Source: a virus. Taken from it: DNA of 64,000 bases. This document shows positions 24,801 through 34,157 of this stretch, in pieces. The stretch lies in the IMG/VR virus record IMGVR_UViG_3300045051_000531; one strand, written 5' to 3'. Under the pieces are notes generated by a model, which saw only the letters and a program-made list of their open reading frames with translations, had not been told where the DNA came from and ran no database searches. The translations under genes were made by a program, and so were the position numbers. The stretch's first letter is position 1. Each line of letters opens with the position of its first letter.

Positions 24801-25016
24801 GACGCGTTCATCTGTGAGGTCAAGTTGGAGCACGTCGCCAAGGCCATCAACCTGCTCGATCTCTGCATGTCGAAGGACAACCCGATCCCGGGGACCACAC
24901 ACAGTCTCGGTATCGACATCGAAGTTCTCCCGCACAGTTGGGGAGACAAGGGCGCCAACCCGCGTAAGCCTGGCGCCCTCAAGAAGCTAGTCGAGAAGCT
25001 CCGGGCCGCTGCATGA
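21828..25016 (+). CDS. polA: family A DNA polymerase with N-terminal UDG-like domain and 3'-5' exonuclease
   Basis: Exo motifs FDTEF, YDTML, YALQDAD; pol motifs TGRYSS..NLQ, ADFKTAE, AAKSVNFGVMYG, NSPIQG, VHDA; UDG-like PDVIIACGADA and PVIPTVSH. Confidence 0.95.
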   Translation: MPKQVDNAALAPEHVEYRNDNYPELDDGQFIEQVCCGGLVLPEIDAGASWHMPACWLGDEAKEAMLPEDRRVQERQRLGWRPAQYLIILGAPNQLDIQRKRALHPLSDGGGLMRDELRSVGIPLTACVATYVTRFGLPRTVRQYAPKHKRAGLPFLQADIQHVNPDVIIACGADAVKALYGKDAKLDTVRGNVLTYNVNGREIPVIPTVSHLAFLGGYANIEVFRAEMRRAMEIANRVHSVKRRITDYRICKTAAEVVALCDEIRAAAPPYIAFDTEFGNDVAREEYNYTLSIQLAWGPGKAAFIQLRKQHQRDSFWVTEPFGKAKKDGTRKVRTKFIVPEPDCGLPMHSPEDLHTIWSTVQALLLDKKWKLAAHHLRVDVEQFARNGYPIDERIEDSYDTMLLHHLRYGDEDQGLDHVVRKYLPEFGAFWMELEEWLSANQRQKRLKHGYRDIPLPIITPYALQDADATWQVVPKVLADFEDHPGLLELYWSHVAPTSLHLLDVEREGLLVDEAVRAEMHDAYEPVYNELLSRLRGMINWPDFNPGSSDQMVALLFSDYPYRGKKLHKWDDGTEHLLPKGVRGLHLKPLYNTEKYPKPWELIEEAGETDLHAPSTKAAILDLLYHQNPGMQELRLLKHLSVVGKFLNSYLRPQELNEFGVPEDGDGFHCNIWRDGRVRTHLNQLTETGRYSSYKANLQTKPKKQEAAAFAALVDYQFGITVEQYEKRTFDGEKDDSGAWKKGKEPYSGADRIELKDRIAVPKFAKCFIARPGYVLIEADFKTAELFVWAYCSGDAKLIQVVDTGRDLHSEVAATAFNLPEAAELPGCIATLNAGDRTAYDNWCELIKHRHGALRVAAKSVNFGVMYGRGAAALMREINKVVKTPVTVQDTQRIIDSLAKGFPVAWRWLVDNSEDAIRNEYIANAFGRRRYFQGANQMGDFEKAAIRREAKNSPIQGCVADLLARAGYKMRRILKTLPPGTLDMRILLPVHDAFICEVKLEHVAKAINLLDLCMSKDNPIPGTTHSLGIDIEVLPHSWGDKGANPRKPGALKKLVEKLRAAA

Positions 25017-25094
25017 ACCCACTGGACGTGACACGATATTCCGTACGCTCGCTCTGCTCCCAAGTCGCAACCCAACCCTTAGAAAGGGAACCAC

Positions 25095-26234
25095 ATGGCC
25101 GTACTCGGCGCTGTCGGTAAACACGAGAAGAAGAACTTCCACCAGTCCGTACTGGACCCCAACCTCCTGCAGGCCGTGAGGCCTTCGACGGAGAAGGGCA
25201 TCACGATCTTCCGGCCGATCCCGGAGGTCTCCGCGGACGGCACCATCCGTCCCATGATCCTCGGCGACACCCCGGCGGGCCCGGACTACTCCGCGATCCG
25301 CATCGAACAGGTCGTCATCAACTCCGGGCTCGACAGCCGGTTCAGCGGTCTCGCCAAGCCGAGCGATCGGCCCGATGCCGCCGAGGCCGAGATGCCCTTC
25401 CCAGGGCTCTACATCAGGCTCAAGGGCAAGCTGAACCGCAAGGACTTCGAGAAGGGCGATCCGATGAAGGATCGCATCGAGGAGCTCTTCGCGGGCGGCA
25501 TGAAGGCCCCGCTGCGACAGGTCAGCACGATGACGATGATCCAGTGCGTCGTCTTCAGGCTCAATGACAAAGAGCTCGAGAAGCCGGCGAGTCGCCAGGT
25601 CCTCTTCCTGACGTCCACGGCGGCCGAGGCGCTCAACGAGCTCTTCAAGGAGGCCCACTCCAAGGGCATCGACGTGTTCTCCCCGGAGACCGGCTGCCAG
25701 ATCATCCTGGAGCCCGAGAAGCAGCGCGGCTCCGACATGAAGTTCTTCAACGCCACGCTGGGCGAGCGGATCCCGCTGAACGTGAAGACCTGCCAGAAGC
25801 TCTGGGTGCCCTGGGAGAAGGCCCTGCGGTTCCACAAGTACGACGATCATCTCAAGGCGCTCCTGGCCGCGTTCGGGCGCGACATCGTCGAGCAGGCGTT
25901 CTCGAAGCGCGAGGTCGCCCGCGTCCTCGGTGAGGAGTTCGTCGCGGAGACCAAAGTCACCACGACGGCAGCCAAGGAGTCCTCGGGAAGGACCACGACG
26001 GTCACCACCCCGGCGTCGACCACGCCGAAGGGCGCCGTCAAGGAGCTCCAGATCGACATCGACGGTCCCCCGCAGACCATCGACGACGAAGGCGAGGGCC
26101 CCGAGGAGATCCAGGTTCCGGCGACCGAGAAGGCGCCCTCGGACGCCAACAAGGCTGGCAACGGCACCAAGCTGCCCACGGATCCCGCGGCCCTGGCTGC
26201 GCACTACGAGAGCGTGCTCGGTGGCGACGTCTGA
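25095..26234 (+). CDS. hypothetical protein, candidate ssDNA-binding protein
   Basis: Lies between polA and recA; acidic, low-complexity C-terminal tail. Confidence 0.45.
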   Translation: MAVLGAVGKHEKKNFHQSVLDPNLLQAVRPSTEKGITIFRPIPEVSADGTIRPMILGDTPAGPDYSAIRIEQVVINSGLDSRFSGLAKPSDRPDAAEAEMPFPGLYIRLKGKLNRKDFEKGDPMKDRIEELFAGGMKAPLRQVSTMTMIQCVVFRLNDKELEKPASRQVLFLTSTAAEALNELFKEAHSKGIDVFSPETGCQIILEPEKQRGSDMKFFNATLGERIPLNVKTCQKLWVPWEKALRFHKYDDHLKALLAAFGRDIVEQAFSKREVARVLGEEFVAETKVTTTAAKESSGRTTTVTTPASTTPKGAVKELQIDIDGPPQTIDDEGEGPEEIQVPATEKAPSDANKAGNGTKLPTDPAALAAHYESVLGGDV

Positions 26235-26307
26235 TAGGTAAAGAAAAGCGACGGTGCGCGGTAACCCCGCGCACCCGCATTTCACCTATTCGATCCAGGA
26301 GGGCCAC

Positions 26308-27594
26308 ATGGCCAAAGAGAAGAAGTCCGCTACCGCGGCTGAACCGCACGATCTCATCGCCGACCTCGTCGGCACCCTGAATCAGAAGTCTACGTCGGAG
26401 ACGGCGTGGCTTCAGGGTGACGAGGCGAACTCGTTGTGGGGCGTCCCGATCCCGTACCTGATCTTCGCGTGGCTCAACGGGAGCTGCGGAGTGATCCCAT
26501 GTCAGCGCTACATCGGCGTCTCCGGCGAGGAGAAGTCGTTCAAGTCGACACTGGTGACCGAGATCGGGAACTGGTTCATCAATGCCAGCGGGGTCCATCT
26601 GCACTGGGACTCCGAGCACAAGCTCAATAAGGGTGAGAAGAACACCACCATCGACGCCCTGACATGGTGGAATGGCATCGCCAAGAAGCGGGCCCGCGTC
26701 GTGAAGAACTGTGCCTCCATCGCGGAATGGCAGGATCTCACGACGGCTGCCATCGTGCACAACCGCACCAAGGTGAACCCGCGTCCGCCCGGCAAGCGGA
26801 TGCCTGTCCTGGTCACCGTGGACTCCCTGACTGGGCGCAGCACGGAAGGTGCCGATGCCAACATCCGTAAGGAGGGCCACGCCGAGGAGCGCGGGTACCC
26901 GGTTGCCGCGAACCAGGTCACTCAGTACCTCGAAGCGCTGAACCTGCTGGGGACCACGGTGACGGTGTCCTGGGTCCAGCACATGAAGCAGGCCATGGAG
27001 ACCGACAACTACGGTAACGCGATCTTCAAGGAGAAGGGGGCCAAGGCCTCACAGTTCGCCTGCAGCCTGCATCTTCGGGTCAGCTGCGTCCAGACGCCGA
27101 TCCGGCGTGCCGCACATCCCTCGGCGCCCTACGAGGGCACCGTTGAGGGCCACACGATCTGGATCAGCACGGCACGGACCTGCGTGGGGCCCGGGAAGCG
27201 AGCGATCCCAGTGGATCTGCTCTGGCAGTACACCAAGGATCCCGAGACCGGCCAGAATCGTCAGGTCATGTGGTTCGACTGGTACGGCGCCCTGGGTGTC
27301 ACGCTGTGCCGGATGCAGTACGACGAGAACTTTAAGCCGAAGCTCTTCGAGGGTGACAAGGAGAAGCTGAAGGCTGCTCTGAAGTTCTCGGAGGAGAAGA
27401 AGGACGTCGTGAACTGCAAGGAGCTCGGGCTCGAAGGGGTCAGCTACCACGAGTTCGGCAAGGCCATCGAGAACAACCCCGAGGTCAGGGCGCGCATCGC
27501 CGACTTCCTCGGCATCACGGCGTACCCGTCTGTCCAGGATACCGAGATCGACTTCGAAGCTGGCGACCTTGTCGAGAAGAAGTCGAAGAAATGA
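26308..27594 (+). CDS. recA: RecA/UvsX-like recombinase
   Basis: Walker A-like GEEKSFKST, HWDSE, Walker B VTVDSL. Confidence 0.8.
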   Translation: MAKEKKSATAAEPHDLIADLVGTLNQKSTSETAWLQGDEANSLWGVPIPYLIFAWLNGSCGVIPCQRYIGVSGEEKSFKSTLVTEIGNWFINASGVHLHWDSEHKLNKGEKNTTIDALTWWNGIAKKRARVVKNCASIAEWQDLTTAAIVHNRTKVNPRPPGKRMPVLVTVDSLTGRSTEGADANIRKEGHAEERGYPVAANQVTQYLEALNLLGTTVTVSWVQHMKQAMETDNYGNAIFKEKGAKASQFACSLHLRVSCVQTPIRRAAHPSAPYEGTVEGHTIWISTARTCVGPGKRAIPVDLLWQYTKDPETGQNRQVMWFDWYGALGVTLCRMQYDENFKPKLFEGDKEKLKAALKFSEEKKDVVNCKELGLEGVSYHEFGKAIENNPEVRARIADFLGITAYPSVQDTEIDFEAGDLVEKKSKK

Positions 27595-28094
27595 CGGAGC
27601 CTGGTGATCTCGTCGACCTCTTCGGCAAGGAGTCCGACGAGGACAAAGAGGAGCGCTTCGAGGAGTCCACCCTCAAGATGTTGTTGCAGCAGCTCGGCGC
27701 CACTCCGGCACAGGTCCGGAAGTGGCGTTACGAGGAGCCGTTCAATGTCGACTGGTTCAATGACCTCGGGGTCATGAACTCCAGGCTGTATATGAAGTTC
27801 TTCCGGCGGGTCTCCATGGTGGAACTCATCGAGACCCCGTCGAAGAGCGAGCTGGTCCAGTTCTGGATCAACAACGTGCAGCCTGGGGTTGACCCGGGTT
27901 CCGCAGCACCAGCTTTTCTGATCTACGATACCGCCCACTTCAAGGGCCGTAAGGTGTGCACCAACGTGGCGCTCCCTGACCGGGGCCACATCCATGTCGC
28001 CTATCGGACCCTGAAGCTCAACATCACCCCGTTCTCAGCGTTCTTCGCGGAACGCTACGGACCTTGCATCACAGGAGATCTCGATGCCCAATGA
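27591..28094 (+). CDS. hypothetical protein
   Basis: ORF in operon with overlapping ends. Confidence 0.6.
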   Translation: MTEPGDLVDLFGKESDEDKEERFEESTLKMLLQQLGATPAQVRKWRYEEPFNVDWFNDLGVMNSRLYMKFFRRVSMVELIETPSKSELVQFWINNVQPGVDPGSAAPAFLIYDTAHFKGRKVCTNVALPDRGHIHVAYRTLKLNITPFSAFFAERYGPCITGDLDAQ

Positions 28095-29040
28095 AGTCAC
28101 AGCCGATCAGAGGCGCTACGACGCCTTGGTCGAGAAGATCGCGTTGCAGTACCGCACCGCGGAAGCCGGCAACCTGCGCCGTTACCACACCATCGGTGAG
28201 CTCGTCTCGGAGTTCGTCGCCGGGCTGGACAGCAAGCGTTATGGTGACGCCACGATCGAAAAGCTCGCCGCTGATCTCCAGGAGCGCGGCTCCCTCGGCG
28301 ACGTCAGGGATCCCGGTCGGTTCCTGTACTGGGCCAAGAACCTCAGCGATGCCTACCCGGATTTCAAGCAGCTCGAAGCGCTGAGCCAGGTCGGCTTCAC
28401 GGTGTCCCACGCCAAGCGGATCTTCACGCTGGCCAAGGAGGTCCGTGAGGAGGTCGAGCAGGGCATGATCAAGGATGGCCTCGTGATCTCGACGCGGGAT
28501 CTCGACACCCTGATCGGCGCCGTGAACCAGCGCCGCATCGCAGCGGCCTCAGCCGCCGCTGCGGCGGAGTTCAAGGACACCAAGGATGCCGCGCCAGCAG
28601 CTCCGGGACCGCGGGTCGCCGTCGCCGCCGGCGCGGACGAGGACCTCCTCGAAGACGGTGTCGCCGGTTCTCCGCCACAGGAGCCCGCCGATGCTCCGGC
28701 GGATCCCGCTGCGGATCCCAAGGCGGGAACCGTGGGTGCCGTGGCTCAGCGGGAGCGCACCGTGGGGTCGCCTCTCAAGGTGATCTCGACGGTCGAGAAG
28801 GCGCTCACCAAGGCCAACGCTGGGCTCCCTGATGCCTTCATCGTGGTCCGCGAAGCCGCTCAGATCGGCTTCGACTCCGATGTCGCCCTGGCCAAGTACA
28901 ACGAGCACCTCAGCAACCTGAAGGCGGCGGCGAAGTCCCTGAAGGAGCCGTTGGAGGAACTGCTCAAGGCGATCGAGGGCGAGCTCGATGCGACCGCTGC
29001 CGTGGCTCCACAGGCAGCTCGGCGTACCCGGAAGCGGTGA
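28084..29040 (+). CDS. protein with a YhcG/DUF1016 N-terminal-like domain
   Basis: YHTIGELV...RYGDATIEKLAADL...LYWAKNLSDAYP resembles the DUF1016_N consensus as I recall it. Confidence 0.45.
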   Translation: MPNEVTADQRRYDALVEKIALQYRTAEAGNLRRYHTIGELVSEFVAGLDSKRYGDATIEKLAADLQERGSLGDVRDPGRFLYWAKNLSDAYPDFKQLEALSQVGFTVSHAKRIFTLAKEVREEVEQGMIKDGLVISTRDLDTLIGAVNQRRIAAASAAAAAEFKDTKDAAPAAPGPRVAVAAGADEDLLEDGVAGSPPQEPADAPADPAADPKAGTVGAVAQRERTVGSPLKVISTVEKALTKANAGLPDAFIVVREAAQIGFDSDVALAKYNEHLSNLKAAAKSLKEPLEELLKAIEGELDATAAVAPQAARRTRKR

Positions 29041-29882
29041 TGACCGTTCCGGCGATCCCGAAGATCAAGCTGGGGGTCATCGAGGCCCGCGTCAAAGCGG
29101 TCCTCGGCGCCATCATGCAGGGCACGCCGGAGCCCTGGGATTACGCGAGGTGTCAACGGCTCGCGCTTTCGTTGCACTACATCATCGATGAACGCGATGT
29201 CCCAACGGGGCACATCTTCCAGACCTTGGTGCAGTACTGCGGTCGTCCTGTCGACCTGCGGTGGGCCGCTGTGTTGGCCTGGCAACTCGTAGCCCGCAGC
29301 TTTGAACTCAAGCTGGGAGCCCTGCAGCCCTATGAGAACCCGATCCGGGATGAATGGGTTCCCATGGAGATCTACGGGGCCACGCCGGCTCCGTGGCGTG
29401 AGGACAAGCGCGGCCAGTTGCTGACCCTGCATTGTCTCGCTGGAAGCCCGGCTGGGCACCGGCTCCGGAAGAAGTTCCCGGAGGACTGGCTTGCCTTCTT
29501 GGCGTACCGGATCGGGTACAACAGGCGGATCCAGTACGATCACGAACCCAAGGACCTCCTCGGGTTCCGGTTCTGGGGGTACCTCAAGGTCCCCAAGACG
29601 GGCGCCACCGATGAGCTCGACTTCGAGGACTGGCAGGTCGACAAGCAGACCAAGACGCACAATGTTGCCATACTTCGCCTGAGAAAACGCTTCGAGCTAG
29701 ATCTGGAAAAGGTTTCCGAGGACAACATAGAACAGTACTCTTGCCCTTTTGGGTACGACCACTACTGTTCGAGCTGTCATCGGACCGCGGCGAGCTGTAT
29801 CGCTGCTCCGAACCGGGAGCGTGTCGATGTCGGAAGACCACTCGTGGATGGAACGCCCACCGGCGATCCTGAACCCAGTTGA
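29037..29882 (+). CDS. hypothetical protein with C-terminal Cys cluster
   Basis: CPFGYDHYCSSC motif; ATGA overlap. Confidence 0.6.
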   Translation: MMTVPAIPKIKLGVIEARVKAVLGAIMQGTPEPWDYARCQRLALSLHYIIDERDVPTGHIFQTLVQYCGRPVDLRWAAVLAWQLVARSFELKLGALQPYENPIRDEWVPMEIYGATPAPWREDKRGQLLTLHCLAGSPAGHRLRKKFPEDWLAFLAYRIGYNRRIQYDHEPKDLLGFRFWGYLKVPKTGATDELDFEDWQVDKQTKTHNVAILRLRKRFELDLEKVSEDNIEQYSCPFGYDHYCSSCHRTAASCIAAPNRERVDVGRPLVDGTPTGDPEPS

Positions 29883-30462
29883 GGCCGCCAAGGCTGAAGC
29901 CATCTTGGCTCGGCCATCGAATGTCCCGCGTGGTCACGAGAAACTGGATGACCTCAAACCGATCCACCGTGAAGAGGTTGCGCCAAGCCCGGCTCAGCTA
30001 ACCGCTGACCGGGCCTGGTTTTTCCCAGGTCTGGCGTACTGCATGATGGGGATGGATCGCTCCCTGTTCGAGTTGTTCAGCCACGGGCTCGGACAGGCCG
30101 TAGCGGTTACCACGCATCGAACCTCGGATCCCGTGGTACTGTTCGACGGTGTCGATGTCAGAACGAACCCATGGTTTCACACGATTCAGGGTATCGATCC
30201 AGCCCTGCTCTCGCCGTTTTGCGAGTACATCGAAACCTTCCGGTTCACGGACCCCCGGAAACAGGTCGATTGGATTTTGTCCGCGCGGACACTCCGCATC
30301 GCTGATCCGTTCGTGAGTTCCACAGCTAAAGTCGGAGTCAACGTGGTCACGCTGCTGCCGACTTGTTTGTCGACGCGTCGAGAGGTAGTCGTCCGGCAGC
30401 AGGCCGGGTTGACTCTGCAGCCCGTGGTGCTTGGGATCAGGCGTCAGCGGGACCCCGCATGA
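29749..30462 (+). CDS. hypothetical protein (true start probably downstream of 29749)
   Basis: ORF track. Confidence 0.5.
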   Translation: MGTTTTVRAVIGPRRAVSLLRTGSVSMSEDHSWMERPPAILNPVEAAKAEAILARPSNVPRGHEKLDDLKPIHREEVAPSPAQLTADRAWFFPGLAYCMMGMDRSLFELFSHGLGQAVAVTTHRTSDPVVLFDGVDVRTNPWFHTIQGIDPALLSPFCEYIETFRFTDPRKQVDWILSARTLRIADPFVSSTAKVGVNVVTLLPTCLSTRREVVVRQQAGLTLQPVVLGIRRQRDPA

Positions 30463-30776
30463 AACAGGCTGTGTTACGTCTCGATCGCAGGTACCGGGGC
30501 CCCGTAGCTGCGATGACGTACGGAGGTGGATGCGGACCCCTGCAGGAATCCGAGCCCGATAAGTACTTCGCGTTCACATCGACCCGTGGGTCGTCTCCGC
30601 GGGTCTTCGAGTACGACGACGACCCCGATGGTGTCGAAGCGCTCTCCAATCTGATCAGAGCTGAGGACATCATCGCCTTGATCCATGGGAAGCGCGTCGT
30701 GTTCGAGCAGGCCTCGCTAGTCGAGCTTTCCGTCGGGAAGCAGCGCATCGAACATAAACTGAAGATCGGCGGGTAA
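30459..30776 (+). CDS. hypothetical protein
   Basis: ATGA overlap with upstream gene. Confidence 0.55.
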   Translation: MKQAVLRLDRRYRGPVAAMTYGGGCGPLQESEPDKYFAFTSTRGSSPRVFEYDDDPDGVEALSNLIRAEDIIALIHGKRVVFEQASLVELSVGKQRIEHKLKIGG

Positions 30777-30778
30777 CC

Positions 30779-31258
30779 ATGGGAAGGCTGCGGCGTGTCC
30801 CCAAGAAGTTCCCGATCCGTTGGACCAACGCGGACGGTTCTACGATCGAGTACGTCGACCGCGCGGAGTCCGAGTTACGCGCCGAGCTTGAACGCGTCCG
30901 GGATCATGGGTTCCGGGCCGCCAAGGTGCTGAGCCGGATCCGGACCGGGCGCCACGTCGTCATCGTAGCGGCGCGGTTCGAGTTGGAGCACTGCCAACGC
31001 GTCGTTCCAGATGATGCCAGTTCGGCGTGGTTGTCTGCCGAGATCGCTCGCCTCAGTTACGTCTACCAGCAGACCCTGGAGCTCCTGAATCGGCTTTCGA
31101 ACTCCAGGATACATTGGCTCGAAGAAACCAGATTCTTGCTCACGTACGGCCAGACCCCGAAGAAGCGGGAAGCGGCTGGAAACTTTACCTCACGCGGGTC
31201 ATCCTATGAGCCCGAGGGGGTCCAGGACCCCGAGGAAACCACTAACAGCGAGGACTAA
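30779..31258 (+). CDS. hypothetical protein
   Basis: ORF track, tight packing. Confidence 0.55.
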   Translation: MGRLRRVPKKFPIRWTNADGSTIEYVDRAESELRAELERVRDHGFRAAKVLSRIRTGRHVVIVAARFELEHCQRVVPDDASSAWLSAEIARLSYVYQQTLELLNRLSNSRIHWLEETRFLLTYGQTPKKREAAGNFTSRGSSYEPEGVQDPEETTNSED

Positions 31259-31259
31259 T

Positions 31260-31901
31260 ATGGGAACGATTGCAATGCGAGATGGTAAGCTCGAACTCCA
31301 CGGGGCTCCGTTGTACGAGCTGCCCGAGCAGATCTCAGCTGAACTGGTCCAAGCGCTGTTCGCAGCTCAGCCCGGTGACGAGGACTTCATTGCCGACGTC
31401 GCCAGGGCCATGACTCCGGCGAGCAAGGACAAGCTTCGACTGGCCTGCCACGCCATCGGTGGCGATCTCTGGAAGACGTACTGCCGTAACGCGGTGCGCT
31501 GGGCGGCCCTGGTGAACTCCGACAACGTCTGGCATCTCGAGGACTTCGAACCGGTCTACGAGGCCCAGATCAATGCGTGGTGGGCTCACAACGTCATCGT
31601 GACCAACGCCAACATCCGGTTCGTGACGACCCCTCGGGGCCTGTTCACGTTCCCGGAGTTCAAGCTGACCTACGGCAAGGATCTCATCGAGCACATCCAG
31701 GACTACCGGGCAGCCCGGAACGATGAGCTCCTCGAGATCATCACGCACATCACGTCGCCACTGGTCAAGAAGCGGGTCACCCTGGCTGATGATGCCGGGC
31801 GCCTGATCACGCGCGAGATCGTTGTCCTGGACTCCCTGGAGCAGCAGCTCTGGCGACTTCCGGCGGGAACCAAGCTGATGTCGATCGACGATAACGGTTG
31901 A
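31260..31901 (+). CDS. hypothetical protein
   Basis: ATG after GAGGA; tight packing. Confidence 0.6.
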   Translation: MGTIAMRDGKLELHGAPLYELPEQISAELVQALFAAQPGDEDFIADVARAMTPASKDKLRLACHAIGGDLWKTYCRNAVRWAALVNSDNVWHLEDFEPVYEAQINAWWAHNVIVTNANIRFVTTPRGLFTFPEFKLTYGKDLIEHIQDYRAARNDELLEIITHITSPLVKKRVTLADDAGRLITREIVVLDSLEQQLWRLPAGTKLMSIDDNG

Positions 31902-31926
31902 CATCTGTATATGGCTCTTGCATATT
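31898..31926 (+). promoter_or_regulatory. sigma70-like promoter
   Basis: TTGACA-17 nt-CATATT upstream of ORF 31955. Confidence 0.5.
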
Positions 31927-31954
31927 CAGAGCCTAACCACTACGGAAGGACAAC

Positions 31955-32269
31955 ATGACCGACGTCACCCAGTACGCGTTCGAAGTGCACGCCCCGACGG
32001 CGGGCCGCGAGGGAACCTTCACGGCCACGCTGCGGATCCCGGTTCAGGCCGGCGAGGGCGGCAAGCCCGGCAACGAGAGCCAGGTCCTCCACTACATCCG
32101 GTCGATTCAGCTCAAGAACGACTTCATGAACGGGTGGTGCAAGGACAACGCCGCAGGCTACGGCCTCGAGATCCGCGGCGGCCCCAGGCCGGTCTTCAAG
32201 GTCGCCAACGATCGCACCTCGGGGGTCACCGCTTACGAGCAGGACTTCCGGCTGACCCGCCCGATCTGA
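31955..32269 (+). CDS. hypothetical protein
   Basis: RBS GAAGGA; strongly biased codon usage. Confidence 0.65.
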   Translation: MTDVTQYAFEVHAPTAGREGTFTATLRIPVQAGEGGKPGNESQVLHYIRSIQLKNDFMNGWCKDNAAGYGLEIRGGPRPVFKVANDRTSGVTAYEQDFRLTRPI

Positions 32270-32270
32270 C

Positions 32271-32684
32271 ATGGCCGACAAGAACGACATCGTTCTGACC
32301 TACCTGATGGGGGTCAACCTCGCCGACCAGGAAGCCAACTTCAGAGGCGTCCTGGAGAACATCGCGGAGGTCCCCGGGACCCCCAAGATCAGGGACCTCG
32401 TGATCGCGACGACAGCGATCCTGATGTCCCTGGGTGGTCTGGGTTGGCCGGTCATCATGCGGGTCATGACGCATCTCAAGACGCGTAGTGACTCCCAGCT
32501 CCAGCAGGATGCCGTGGCCATCATCAACGGGGCCTACTTGGTGCTCCCCGGTGCTGATGGTGCCGTCATCGCGTTGGAGCTCGCTACGTTGCGCACGGTT
32601 CCCGAGCTCGGTCCCGCGTTCGTCTCGACGATCTACTCCATGACGGCGGTATGGGAACGGACCACGGAGATCCTGAAGGGCTAA
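32271..32684 (+). CDS. hypothetical protein
   Basis: ORF track. Confidence 0.6.
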   Translation: MADKNDIVLTYLMGVNLADQEANFRGVLENIAEVPGTPKIRDLVIATTAILMSLGGLGWPVIMRVMTHLKTRSDSQLQQDAVAIINGAYLVLPGADGAVIALELATLRTVPELGPAFVSTIYSMTAVWERTTEILKG

Positions 32685-33223
32685 CGGCACGGTGCCCGGT
32701 CTGTGGAACTGAAGTCCGAGCCGAGGACATCAGAGCCCTGATCGCCGCCGTGAAGAAGTGCTGCGCCGCGACGCGCGTCTCTGAGACGCGCGTCCGCCCG
32801 TTTCCGGAGGTCCCGCAGCGCCGGCCTGATCCCTTGGAGCTCCCGTTCGTGGCCACGTTTACCAAGCTGGTGTCGTCGCAGAACAAGACTACGTACAGCC
32901 ATTGGTCCGTGCATCACGCCGATAAGAAGGCCTGGATAGCCCAGGTCAGGCTTCGGTTGCCGAGGTTGTTCGGGCTCCGGGCACCGTGGTCTCGTTGGAA
33001 ACTTGAGCGAGTCTACTCTGGCAGGAATCGCGAGCTCGACTTCGCCAACCTGGTTGGTGGCGCCAAGCCGCTGATCGATGTCCTCACCGAGTTCGGGATC
33101 ATCGTCGATGACTCCCCGGCGCACTTCCTGTGCGAGTACGATCAGCGACGCGATGACAGCAGTCGCACTATCCTCACCCTCCTGGAGATCCGAGATGCCC
33201 GCCCGACCGACGAGGTTCGATGA
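32651..33223 (+). CDS. rusA: RusA-like Holliday junction resolvase
   Basis: SSQNK and ELDFANLVGGAKPLIDVLTEFGIIVDDS match the RusA D-x-x-N...K...D...G...DD pattern; N-terminal CPVC. Confidence 0.7.
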   Translation: MGTDHGDPEGLTARCPVCGTEVRAEDIRALIAAVKKCCAATRVSETRVRPFPEVPQRRPDPLELPFVATFTKLVSSQNKTTYSHWSVHHADKKAWIAQVRLRLPRLFGLRAPWSRWKLERVYSGRNRELDFANLVGGAKPLIDVLTEFGIIVDDSPAHFLCEYDQRRDDSSRTILTLLEIRDARPTDEVR

Positions 33224-34157
33224 GTTCAACGGTCAACGCGACGCCGTCTTCAACCTGAAGATCGCGGTCCGATCGGCTCTTCGGCAGGAGCGGGCTCTGT
33301 CCCACGCGTTGTTCACGGGTCCAGCTGGGCTCGGGAAGACCACGTTGGCGTTGTCCGTGCTGCCGGCTGAGCTCGGTACCGATGTCAGAGCAGTGAACTG
33401 CTCCTCGATCGAGAAGCCGCAGGAGCTCACCACGGTGCTCAGCACGATGAAGGCTCGCAGCATCCTGTTTCTCGACGAGATCCACGCCTTGATCCCAGCA
33501 GCCCGGGAACACCTCCTCACCGTGATGGAGGACCGCAAGCTGTACGTCAGGATCGAGGAGGACCGCGATGTCATCGAGATCGGGTTGCCCGAGTTCACCG
33601 TCATCGGGGCGACGACCCGAGAGGGTGCCCTCGATGGGCCCCTGCGGAGTCGCTTCGGGCTCAGCTTCACGCTGCAGCCCTACGATGACGACGCCATGGC
33701 GGCGATCATCAAGTGGCATGTCTCCGAGTCCAAGTTCCTGATTCCCGACGAGGCCATCCAGTTGCTCCTGGGGGCTGCACATGGCGTCGCCAGGCGTGCC
33801 GTCAATCTGATCGAGGCCTGCATCGATTCCGCCTACGGGCGTGATGACGGTAACCGGGCAGTCGCAGCTACACCGCTGCTGAGCCCAGACATCGTGGCGT
33901 TTACGCTGACCAGGCTCGGGTTCCGCGGCAGCTTCGATGCCAAGGAGATCAAGTACCTCAAGGTCCTGGACCGAGCTAGGCGGTACATCGGGCTCAAGGC
34001 CCTGGCAGCCACGTTGGATGAAACCACCGCGACTGTCGAGGAGGTCTACGAGCCCTGGTTGCTCAGACAGGGGTACATAGAGCGCGCCGCAGCTGGGCGC
34101 GCAATCACACAAGCCGGGATAGATGCCCTGGCTGCAGCCGAAAGGAAGGCTTCATGA
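33195..34157 (+). CDS. ruvB: Holliday junction branch-migration ATPase RuvB
   Basis: RPTRFDEFNGQ, GPAGLGKTTLA, LFLDEIH, MEDRKL, FTVIGATTR, LRSRFG, EEVYEPWLLRQGYI. Confidence 0.95.
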   Translation: MPARPTRFDEFNGQRDAVFNLKIAVRSALRQERALSHALFTGPAGLGKTTLALSVLPAELGTDVRAVNCSSIEKPQELTTVLSTMKARSILFLDEIHALIPAAREHLLTVMEDRKLYVRIEEDRDVIEIGLPEFTVIGATTREGALDGPLRSRFGLSFTLQPYDDDAMAAIIKWHVSESKFLIPDEAIQLLLGAAHGVARRAVNLIEACIDSAYGRDDGNRAVAATPLLSPDIVAFTLTRLGFRGSFDAKEIKYLKVLDRARRYIGLKALAATLDETTATVEEVYEPWLLRQGYIERAAAGRAITQAGIDALAAAERKAS

